Below, piece after piece: positions 8,093 to 15,994 of a stretch of DNA of 44,545 bases. A program made the translations under genes and the position numbers. The notes below the pieces were generated by a model that saw only the letters and a program-made list of their open reading frames with translations, was not told where the DNA came from and did not search any database. The DNA comes from Nitrososphaerota archaeon (GTDB taxonomy: Archaea > Thermoproteota > Nitrososphaeria > Nitrososphaerales > Nitrosopumilaceae): contig NVWC01000004.1 in the NCBI GenBank assembly GCA_002317795.1, forward strand, positions 54,454-98,998, given 5' to 3'. Numbering within the stretch: position 1 is the stretch's first letter; each line of letters opens with the position of its first letter.

Positions 8093-8796
8093 AAATTGAT
8101 TTTTGATTGCTTCCGTAGATCATACATGATTTCTGCCACTTTGAATTCGATCTCATGATCAATCATAAATCCATGCTCTTTTGTTATTTCATATGGAAGT
8201 ATTTTGTCAGTAAACATTTTGCCTGTTTGTAATAGTTGCTTTACTGAATGTACATACAAACCGTTTAACTCATAAACAATTGGTGCATCCTGCCGTCTTT
8301 TTATTGGTTTGGGGCTAATTTTTGAGGGTTCTAAAAATCCTTTGGAGGTAGTTTCAAACATACCAAAATACGGATTTGGATGGGTACGACATACGGTAAA
8401 TACTGAGTCACAGTCAGATTTGAGCAAAAGATCAATTGCGCCTTTCATATCATTTTGGTCTATGAATGGAACCGTACAATCACGTGCAGTTATAATGTCA
8501 AATTTGTATCCTTGGGACTGAAGTTCTTTTACGCAGTGGAGTAAGACTTCATCAAATGTTGAATCATCCGCAGAAATCTCTTTTGGACGCATAAAAGGAA
8601 TTTCTGCACCATATTGTTTTGAAATTTTTGCAATTTCAGAATCATCAGTAGATACAATTACATTTTCAAATAATTGTGATTCTAAAGCAGTTTCAATGGC
8701 ATGAGCAATTAATGGTTTATTACTTAAAATTCTTATATTTTTTTTAGGAATTTCTTTAGAACCACCTCTAGCAGGAATAAAACAAATAGATTTCAT
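8089..8796 (-). CDS. CMP-ulosonic acid synthetase (acylneuraminate cytidylyltransferase, NeuA/KdsB-like)
   Basis: 235 aa. The N-terminal 'CFIPARGGSKEIPKKNI' is the CTP_transf_3 signature. Its start overlaps the upstream gene stop as ATGA (8793-8796). Confidence 0.8.
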   Translation of the reverse strand: MKSICFIPARGGSKEIPKKNIRILSNKPLIAHAIETALESQLFENVIVSTDDSEIAKISKQYGAEIPFMRPKEISADDSTFDEVLLHCVKELQSQGYKFDIITARDCTVPFIDQNDMKGAIDLLLKSDCDSVFTVCRTHPNPYFGMFETTSKGFLEPSKISPKPIKRRQDAPIVYELNGLYVHSVKQLLQTGKMFTDKILPYEITKEHGFMIDHEIEFKVAEIMYDLRKQSKINF

Positions 8797-10316
8797 TGAT
8801 TCTCAATATCCTCTGATGAATTTTTGTGTTGATTGATTTTTTTGATGAATTGTTCTGCAAGGAATTCAAGTTTATCTTTATGTATATCCAAAAATTTATT
8901 CATTTTTTCAATAGAAATTTTAACATCTGCATAATAACCACCAAAATAGAAATAATTTGCATAATCAATTTGAAAATTGATAATATCAAAATCAAATGAG
9001 TTTTTTTCAATTAATGCAACATATTTATCCAATTCCTCAACTTCAACTTGATTTTGAAGAGATTGTTTTATTAATTCAGGCAATTTTTCTAATGAAGAAA
9101 CTGTAGTTACTGAAGAGAGTTGACCATAAAACATATCTTTAAAAATTATGGATGGTTTATTATAAAATGCAGCCTCAAGTGCACTGGTTCCACCAACTGT
9201 AACAACTAATGAAGATTTCTTCATGATATCTTCAGATGGAACAGAAGGATGTAAAAAAACAACATTGGGAATTTCTAGAACTTGCTTATAAAATGAAAGT
9301 TCTCTCCAACCTCTGATTGATTGTGTAGGGTGCTCTTTGACATATAATTTAAAATTTATTGGAAGTGATTTAGCTAGATGGCATATTGTCTCAAATTGAT
9401 TTGTATAAAATGGTGAAGCAATAAGCAATACTCTTTCAGGTTCTTGATGTAGTGGAAAATAGACAAAATGTTCAGAATTATCTAAATCAGTTTTTAAATT
9501 TTTATCAATGAATGATTTTCTGTATTTTTCAATTAATGCATAATAAAACTGTGTTAAAAAAACTTTAAATTTTGATCTACCAAAATAGGTATAATGTGAT
9601 TGGAGATTTGTGTTTTTAGAGAGAAAAATAAAATTAAAAATAGATGTTATTCTTTTTTGTTTTGAAGAGATGAATTGATTTTTGTAAGATTCTAATTGTG
9701 TGCTAAGATTTTTTGAAAAAATTATGTTTTGTAAATCTTTTAGAGTGCGATTTTTAGTTAAAGATGGTCCAAGATCAGACACATAGTCTATTGTGTCACG
9801 TTCTTGAGTTATAATACACCTATGACCAAATCTAGAAGATTCCAACATCATAACTTTAACACCAAGAGTTCTACACATTTCATATAACAAATGATTATGA
9901 TGAAGATCAGTTGTTTTAATTATTAAAAAATCTGGTTTTATTTCTTGAAGAATTTGTTCAAATAGTTTACATTCCTTTTCTAAAATAGACAGAATTTCAT
10001 TTTGATTAAATTTGTAATAATTATTATAGTTATAAAAAAGTCGTTCATTTAATGCTAATAACCATAAATTAATTCCAAATTTTTTTTCAAATTTTATTAA
10101 ATAATCAATATCAATATTTTTTTCTGGTAATACATAATCAAAGTAATACCAAGATTTTTTAAATTTGACTAATTGTTGGTTTACAAAAAATTTTTTTGTT
10201 CTATTTGTTATATCTATAATTGAAAATAGTTCGCACGTATATTTCTCTTGCAAAAATTTTGCGATACCAAAATTAGTTATATCACTGTCTAACCAAAAAA
10301 TAATTTTTTCTGACAT
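8793..10316 (-). CDS. Putative surface-polysaccharide transferase (capsule-synthesis KpsS/KpsC- or TagF-like GT-B C-terminal domain)
   Basis: 507 aa. C-terminal 'VYFPLHQEPERVLL...KLYVKEHPTQ...VVTVGGTSALEAAFYNKPSIIF'. It is translationally coupled to the CMP-transferase downstream. Family assignment is tentative. Confidence 0.4.
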   Translation of the reverse strand: MSEKIIFWLDSDITNFGIAKFLQEKYTCELFSIIDITNRTKKFFVNQQLVKFKKSWYYFDYVLPEKNIDIDYLIKFEKKFGINLWLLALNERLFYNYNNYYKFNQNEILSILEKECKLFEQILQEIKPDFLIIKTTDLHHNHLLYEMCRTLGVKVMMLESSRFGHRCIITQERDTIDYVSDLGPSLTKNRTLKDLQNIIFSKNLSTQLESYKNQFISSKQKRITSIFNFIFLSKNTNLQSHYTYFGRSKFKVFLTQFYYALIEKYRKSFIDKNLKTDLDNSEHFVYFPLHQEPERVLLIASPFYTNQFETICHLAKSLPINFKLYVKEHPTQSIRGWRELSFYKQVLEIPNVVFLHPSVPSEDIMKKSSLVVTVGGTSALEAAFYNKPSIIFKDMFYGQLSSVTTVSSLEKLPELIKQSLQNQVEVEELDKYVALIEKNSFDFDIINFQIDYANYFYFGGYYADVKISIEKMNKFLDIHKDKLEFLAEQFIKKINQHKNSSEDIENQ

Positions 10317-10431
10317 GTCAAATATCTAATTTACATCAATAAATAATTTTTAATTATTTAAAGTTGTATTGATTCTTTGTATAACTTGACTTTTCATATC
10401 TTAAATATGAGATCTAGGATTATGATAAATA

Positions 10432-10851
10432 ATGAATGAAAAAGGGACAATAAAATTAAAAAATATCGGGAAGGATGATTACAAATTTCTATATCAGTTA
10501 CTATCAGAGAGGGGAAAAATAGCAAACATATCTCATAAAGAAATGCCATCATATGAAGAGCATATTAAATTCATATCATCAAAACCATATGCAACCTGGA
10601 AAATAATTTATTATAACAACAAAAAATCAGGATCAGTCTATTTGACTAAACAAAATGAAATTGGAATTTTTATAAAAAAAGAATTTCAAGAAAAGAAAAT
10701 AGGATCAAAAGTACTTGAATTAATTATAGAACAAAATGGTCCTGGAAGATATCTTGCAAATATCAGTCCCAATAACAAAAAATCAATACAATTTTTCAAA
10801 AATCAAAAATTTAGGTTAATACAACACACTTATGAATTCATCAAATCTTAA
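10432..10851 (+). CDS. GNAT-family N-acetyltransferase (PseH-like size)
   Basis: 139 aa. GNAT core 'IFIKKEFQEKKIGSKVLE'. Confidence 0.5.
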   Translation: MNEKGTIKLKNIGKDDYKFLYQLLSERGKIANISHKEMPSYEEHIKFISSKPYATWKIIYYNNKKSGSVYLTKQNEIGIFIKKEFQEKKIGSKVLELIIEQNGPGRYLANISPNNKKSIQFFKNQKFRLIQHTYEFIKS

Positions 10852-11953
10852 AGTGGCATTAAATATGAAGAAAAAAATTAAACTTTTTGATCCGTTAATT
10901 GGAAAAGATGAGGAAAAAATACTAGTAAATTCTTTAAAAAGTCATTTTTGGGCATCTGGTGCAGGTACAGGACATGTCAGTAATTTTGAATCAGAGTTTA
11001 ACAAATATGTTGGATCCGATAATTGTGTTGCAGTAAATAGTGGAACATCAGCACTTCATTTAGCACTATCACTTATTGATATTAAAAATAGAGAAGTGAT
11101 TTTACCATCTTTATCTTTTGTATCTACTGCTCATGCAATTCTATACAATGGTGGAAAACCAGTATTTGCAGACATTGATCCACATACATTATGTTTAGAT
11201 CATCAATCAGTAGAAAATAAAATTACAAATAAAACTAAAGTAATTCTACCTGTACATTTTGCAGGAATTCCATGTAATTTAGAAAAGATTTCACATCTTT
11301 GCAAGCAACATGAAATTGATTTAATTGAAGATGCAGCTCATGCTGCTGGTTCTTCATATAATGATAAAAAAATAGGTAGTCACGGAATGGCGATTTGTTT
11401 TAGCTTTCATCCAACAAAGAATTTGGCAATGCCTACAGGAGGAGCAATTACACTAAATGGTAAACATAGTAAAAAATTTACTCATACTCTTAAATCTAAA
11501 AGATGGTGTGGTATAGATAATAGAAAGGATTCAAAATATGATGTTACCAGTCTTGGTTGGAATTATTATATGAATGAGTTTTCTGCAGCAATTGGACGTA
11601 TACAATTAAAAAAATTAGATTCTATGAATAAAGTAAGGAAGAAAATTGCTAAACAATATGTAGAAGAAATTAAGTTAGGGAGAAAAATGGGGTTTTGTTC
11701 AAATTCATCTTACCACTTATACTGGATTCAGGTAAATAATAGAAAAAAATTCATGGAGACAATGAAAGATAATGGAATTGAAACAGGAATTCATTACACA
11801 CCAATTCATAAAATGACATATTACAAAAGTTCCATCAAATTACCAATTACTGAAAAGATTTCAAAAAATATTGTATCAATACCTATTCATCCTAATTTGA
11901 GTGAATCAGACATAAATAAAATAATAAAATTAATCAATAAACACACATCATAA
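10832..11953 (+). CDS. DegT/DnrJ/EryC1/StrS-family PLP-dependent sugar aminotransferase
   Basis: 373 aa. Motifs 'VAVNSGTSALHLAL', 'IEDAAHA' and 'SFHPTKN' (PLP-binding Lys). The likely true start is ATG 10865 (MKKKIKLFDP...). Confidence 0.85.
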   Translation: MNSSNLKVALNMKKKIKLFDPLIGKDEEKILVNSLKSHFWASGAGTGHVSNFESEFNKYVGSDNCVAVNSGTSALHLALSLIDIKNREVILPSLSFVSTAHAILYNGGKPVFADIDPHTLCLDHQSVENKITNKTKVILPVHFAGIPCNLEKISHLCKQHEIDLIEDAAHAAGSSYNDKKIGSHGMAICFSFHPTKNLAMPTGGAITLNGKHSKKFTHTLKSKRWCGIDNRKDSKYDVTSLGWNYYMNEFSAAIGRIQLKKLDSMNKVRKKIAKQYVEEIKLGRKMGFCSNSSYHLYWIQVNNRKKFMETMKDNGIETGIHYTPIHKMTYYKSSIKLPITEKISKNIVSIPIHPNLSESDINKIIKLINKHTS

Positions 11954-11954
11954 T

Positions 11955-13022
11955 TTACTCAAATTCGGTAATACCTTCACCTTGTTTTACATCATTTTTT
12001 GATTTTTTTCCATTTACCATATCTAAGAATCTAGGTTCCATTCCCCTTGAACGATTGCCAGATCTAAGTATATCAAAATTGATTCCTTCCTGAAGAATTT
12101 CTCCTTTTGAGATATTTTTTATTGATTGAATTGATCTAGTTGCAAATTGTCGCAATTCCTTTTCTTCATCAAGAATAATTTTTTTCCCATTTCCTTTTGC
12201 AAATTCTGCCCCTCTAATGGATTTTATCATTAATTCTAATTCATTTGGTATCAATGCAAAGGCATGATCAGGTCCAGAAAGACTACGATCTAATGTAAAA
12301 TGTTTTTCTATAATACTAGCACCACATCCAACTGCCATGATTGGGCCAATGAAGGGATTTGTACTATGATCAGAGAATCCTACTGGAATATCATACCTTG
12401 CCTTCATTTCAGGAATTACAGATAAATTAAGAGATTCAATCTTACACGGATATTTTGACGTACACTGTAACAGAGCAATATTATTGTGAGTTTTTTTTAC
12501 AAGATTTACAACAAAATCAATTTCATCATAAGTACTTGCACCTGTAGATATTATGAGAGGTTTATTTGTTTGTGTAAGAAATTCTATTAATCTAATATGA
12601 TTTATTTCAAATGAAGCAAGTTTATGAACAGATACAAAAGGATCAATTTCTTTAGCATCATTTACAGAAAAAGGACTAGACATGAATTCAATGTGTGTAT
12701 TTTTGGCATGATTAGCTAATTCAGGTATCATTTCATACGGCATTGATAAATTATCAAAAATTTTGTTTACACTTTCATTAATCTTGTTTTTTGAGAGGTA
12801 ATTACTGGAACCAGCATTTGAAACATATGTAGTTTCAGATTTGTAAGTTTGGAATTTTACAGCATCAGCACCGCAATTTGCTGCAACATTTATCAACTCT
12901 TTAGCTTGTTCTAAATCCTCTTCATATGTACCACATTTCCAATTAGATCCTGCTTCTGCTATAATGAATGTATTACCTAAATTTTCATGGGTTTTAAATT
13001 GTTTAAACAACATTTTTTTCAT
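11955..13022 (-). CDS. NeuB-family nonulosonic acid synthase (NeuB/PseI/LegI type) with C-terminal SAF domain
   Basis: 355 aa. Motifs 'FIIAEAGSNW', 'CGADAVKFQT', 'GFSDHS' and 'IIEKHFTLDR', plus a SAF-like tail 'ISKGEILQEGINFDILRSG'. Confidence 0.85.
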   Translation of the reverse strand: MKKMLFKQFKTHENLGNTFIIAEAGSNWKCGTYEEDLEQAKELINVAANCGADAVKFQTYKSETTYVSNAGSSNYLSKNKINESVNKIFDNLSMPYEMIPELANHAKNTHIEFMSSPFSVNDAKEIDPFVSVHKLASFEINHIRLIEFLTQTNKPLIISTGASTYDEIDFVVNLVKKTHNNIALLQCTSKYPCKIESLNLSVIPEMKARYDIPVGFSDHSTNPFIGPIMAVGCGASIIEKHFTLDRSLSGPDHAFALIPNELELMIKSIRGAEFAKGNGKKIILDEEKELRQFATRSIQSIKNISKGEILQEGINFDILRSGNRSRGMEPRFLDMVNGKKSKNDVKQGEGITEFE

Positions 13023-13049
13023 TGCATGGGTATAAAAAAATTTTTGAAT

Positions 13050-13760
13050 TTACACTGAATTTGAGTTTATTTTAACTAGTTCCGGTTCTTTGTTTATTAA
13101 TTCAAGTATATCAGTCATCAATATTGGTCTTTTATCAATTTTAGATACAATTATTCTAACTAGTTTTAGATCTTCAATAGTATCAATTGTCCAACGTAAA
13201 TTGGATATATTCTCAGTATGTATTATATCATATGTTCGAAATATTTCTGAATTATTATAGAAATATGGTGTAACATGTTCACGATCATAATCCATTTTTG
13301 AATTTTTCCAAGCTTGTTCTAGTGCATGAAAAGAAAATATTTCAATTTCAGTTCCATATGGAAATGATCTTATGTGTGCATTTGAAATATAATCAAAATT
13401 TCCAGATTGAAATTTCTGAATTACATTCTCTATCAAAGTCGGATCAATTAAGGGGTTATCTGCTGTAATTCTTACAATTGTAGAGATTGAAAATTTTTTT
13501 GCACATTGATAATATCTATCTAAAACATCTTTTGAATTTCCCCTAAAACAATCAATTTTAAAATTGTTTGTGAATACTTCAATTGTGTCATCTTCTTTTA
13601 AGTCAGTAGTAGCCACAATGATTTTTTCAATAGATTTACAATGTTGAAGTTGAGAAATAACATAAGATAAGATTGGATTTTTATCATCTAACATCATCAT
13701 AACTTTTCCAGGTAATCTGATAGAACCCATTCTTGCCTGAACTATACAAGTAATACTCAT
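13050..13760 (-). CDS. Cytidylyltransferase of the SpsF/FlmC (CTP_transf_3) type, candidate second CMP-nonulosonate synthetase
   Basis: 236 aa. The N-terminal 'CIVQARMGSIRLPGKV' is typical of SpsF-like proteins. Confidence 0.7.
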   Translation of the reverse strand: MSITCIVQARMGSIRLPGKVMMMLDDKNPILSYVISQLQHCKSIEKIIVATTDLKEDDTIEVFTNNFKIDCFRGNSKDVLDRYYQCAKKFSISTIVRITADNPLIDPTLIENVIQKFQSGNFDYISNAHIRSFPYGTEIEIFSFHALEQAWKNSKMDYDREHVTPYFYNNSEIFRTYDIIHTENISNLRWTIDTIEDLKLVRIIVSKIDKRPILMTDILELINKEPELVKINSNSV

Positions 13761-13812
13761 TAAATTACATTAAAAAGTTCTCAGTATGAATTGTTATCGG
13801 TAGAAATTTTCT

Positions 13813-14625
13813 TTAAGAAAGATCCAATTGAAGGATGTAATTTTTAATATTTCCAAAGAAAGGTGGATTTGATTTATTCTGAAATTTATTAGTAAAAAAG
13901 AGTAAAATATCTTTTAAAGGATTTGCATAAGGAGTACCAAGATAAGGTGATATTTCTTGAGTTATTTTCAAATTTAGAGATTTTATCATATAGTGAAAAG
14001 ACTTGTTTGTAAAAAAATGAGGGGAAAGATCGGGCGTATAGAAGCCAAATTTTTCTTTATAATACCTACTAGTAAATGATGAAAAATTAGGTAATGAAGA
14101 AACTAGGATAATACCATTTTTTTTTAAAAGATCAGTTGCACATTTCAAATTATTTATTGGATCTACAGAATGTTGTATTACACCTCTAAATTGTATGAAA
14201 TCAAATTTGTCTTTGGTGGAAAAATTACAAAGAGTCATCTTATGGAAATTACAATCAGGATGTAGTTTTTTTGCTTCTTCAATTATATTTGTGGATAAAT
14301 CTATTCCAATTTTTTTTAAATTTTGTGGTAAAGATGAAAAAAAATCTCCATGAGCACAGCCTACATCTAAAAATGAACCTTGGAACTTTTTAAAATTTGA
14401 TATCCAATCAATTTCATTTAGATACATAAATTTTCTTTTTTCATCTTGTTTTCTGTAAATGGTATTGTATGTATTCTCATACAAATCACTCCAATAGCTA
14501 TCATCAGTTATTCGTTTACTGAACTTATGAGTACATGTTACACATTGTAAAATACCAAGAAATGGTTCAATTTTATCAGTTTTACATATTGGGCAGTTCA
14601 TATTTGTGATAAGATTGAAATTCAA
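13813..14625 (-). CDS. Class I SAM-dependent methyltransferase with N-terminal Cys4 zinc-ribbon
   Basis: 270 aa. Zinc-ribbon residues 'CPICK...CVTCTH', then SAM motif I 'FLDVGCAHGDF'. Confidence 0.7.
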   Translation of the reverse strand: MNFNLITNMNCPICKTDKIEPFLGILQCVTCTHKFSKRITDDSYWSDLYENTYNTIYRKQDEKRKFMYLNEIDWISNFKKFQGSFLDVGCAHGDFFSSLPQNLKKIGIDLSTNIIEEAKKLHPDCNFHKMTLCNFSTKDKFDFIQFRGVIQHSVDPINNLKCATDLLKKNGIILVSSLPNFSSFTSRYYKEKFGFYTPDLSPHFFTNKSFHYMIKSLNLKITQEISPYLGTPYANPLKDILLFFTNKFQNKSNPPFFGNIKNYILQLDLS

Positions 14626-14638
14626 TATTATAAAGTTG

Positions 14639-15955
14639 TTAAATGTGTTTTTGTAAAAGGTTTTTTTGTATTAACATATTTGCAGCATTTACAATAATGT
14701 TAAAATTAATTCCAGATTTGTTAGAAATGTCTAATAATGAATTCTCGCCATCAGATAGATTAAGTATCCATTGTATTGCATTTTTAGTAAGATCATTTAC
14801 TTTTTGACCCCCTAACGTATCATATAATCCACGTTTACTTAACTGAGGTTCACATTTTGGAATCAAATTAAGAAATTTTGCATTATTTTCCAGTACAAAA
14901 ATAATTTCAATGTATTTTGTAATAGAATCTTTCAAATTGTTTGCATTTACAAATTCTAAATTATCAGCAGAAGTATGATATTCATCGAATTTTCCATACA
15001 TGGTTTTCATCAATGAGCCTACTGGGAGATTAAATCCAGGAGAACAAAATTGTCGTTCATCACTTCCTGAAGGAAAAAAATCCAATAGTGTAAATTTACT
15101 GTTTGAATTTTGTAATACATTAATTACAACTTGATCGATTTCTGCATTTCCGCGTCTACTTTTTTTATATGTAAAGCTTCCAGAATCACCTAAACATGTA
15201 GCAACTAACCCATGTTTAATTTTAAAAGTATTTTTTTCATTTATTGATAACCAAGCTATTGCACCTATTGTTTCAGGAATAAACAAAAATCGATAAGAAT
15301 AATTTAAAGATAATTTACTCAAATATTTAGCAAGAAAAGTAACTAATGTAACTCCAGAAAGATTATCGTTACATAATGATGGATGACAAGTATAACAAGT
15401 GATTAGAATTTCATTTTCTGTTTTACCTTTAATAAAATATTCACCATATGTTAGATGGCCATCATCAAGAGACGAATCAATTACTATTTCATACTCCCCA
15501 TCAATTAATTCCAAAAATTGGTTATGTGTGAGACAAAAACCCCAATCTTCAGAATAATAACTAGTCAAATATGGAATACTGTCTGGTTGTTTTGGTAGAG
15601 TATGTAATTTTTTTTTTAATTCAGTTAGAAATATTTTTTTCTTAACTGGAATACTATAATTTACAATATGTAAATTAGATTTTTTAAAATCAATTATTTT
15701 TTTGCCTGTAGGATCTATCACATATGCATCATTGATATTCCATTCTTTTGGAATTACCCAATCATAAACTTCAGTACCAGTTGGTACTTCATATGATTGA
15801 ATTTCAAGATGTTTACGTATAATTTCGTGAGTTTTTCTCACATTATTTCCTGTAATACTCCTACATAGAGGATACAAATCTTTCATTAATTGATACATTT
15901 CTTGACTAATATTATCAACTTCAGATAAAATTTTTGTAAAATCATCAAGTTTCAT
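14639..15955 (-). CDS. DUF4910/DUF2172 aminopeptidase-like (M28-like) domain protein with C-terminal winged-helix (COG4310-type)
   Basis: 438 aa. The strings 'LYPLCRSITGNNVRKT', 'VPTGTEVYDWVIPKEWNI', 'IPYLTSYYSEDWGFC', 'CHPSLCNDNLSG', 'GSDERQFCSPGFNLPV', 'EYHTSADN' and 'EPQLSKRGLY' match my recollection of this family's consensus. Confidence 0.75.
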   Translation of the reverse strand: MKLDDFTKILSEVDNISQEMYQLMKDLYPLCRSITGNNVRKTHEIIRKHLEIQSYEVPTGTEVYDWVIPKEWNINDAYVIDPTGKKIIDFKKSNLHIVNYSIPVKKKIFLTELKKKLHTLPKQPDSIPYLTSYYSEDWGFCLTHNQFLELIDGEYEIVIDSSLDDGHLTYGEYFIKGKTENEILITCYTCHPSLCNDNLSGVTLVTFLAKYLSKLSLNYSYRFLFIPETIGAIAWLSINEKNTFKIKHGLVATCLGDSGSFTYKKSRRGNAEIDQVVINVLQNSNSKFTLLDFFPSGSDERQFCSPGFNLPVGSLMKTMYGKFDEYHTSADNLEFVNANNLKDSITKYIEIIFVLENNAKFLNLIPKCEPQLSKRGLYDTLGGQKVNDLTKNAIQWILNLSDGENSLLDISNKSGINFNIIVNAANMLIQKNLLQKHI

Positions 15956-15994
15956 AAAAATCAGACATATTCCATTATTGTTAGGTTTACGAAT

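Noticed and set aside
2494-8521. Antisense track ORFs 2494-2754, 4188-4427, 6228-6548 and 8309-8521
   Set aside because: Each is nested opposite a longer ORF with clear family motifs. In AT-rich DNA the antisense frame is often open by chance. No motifs were found.
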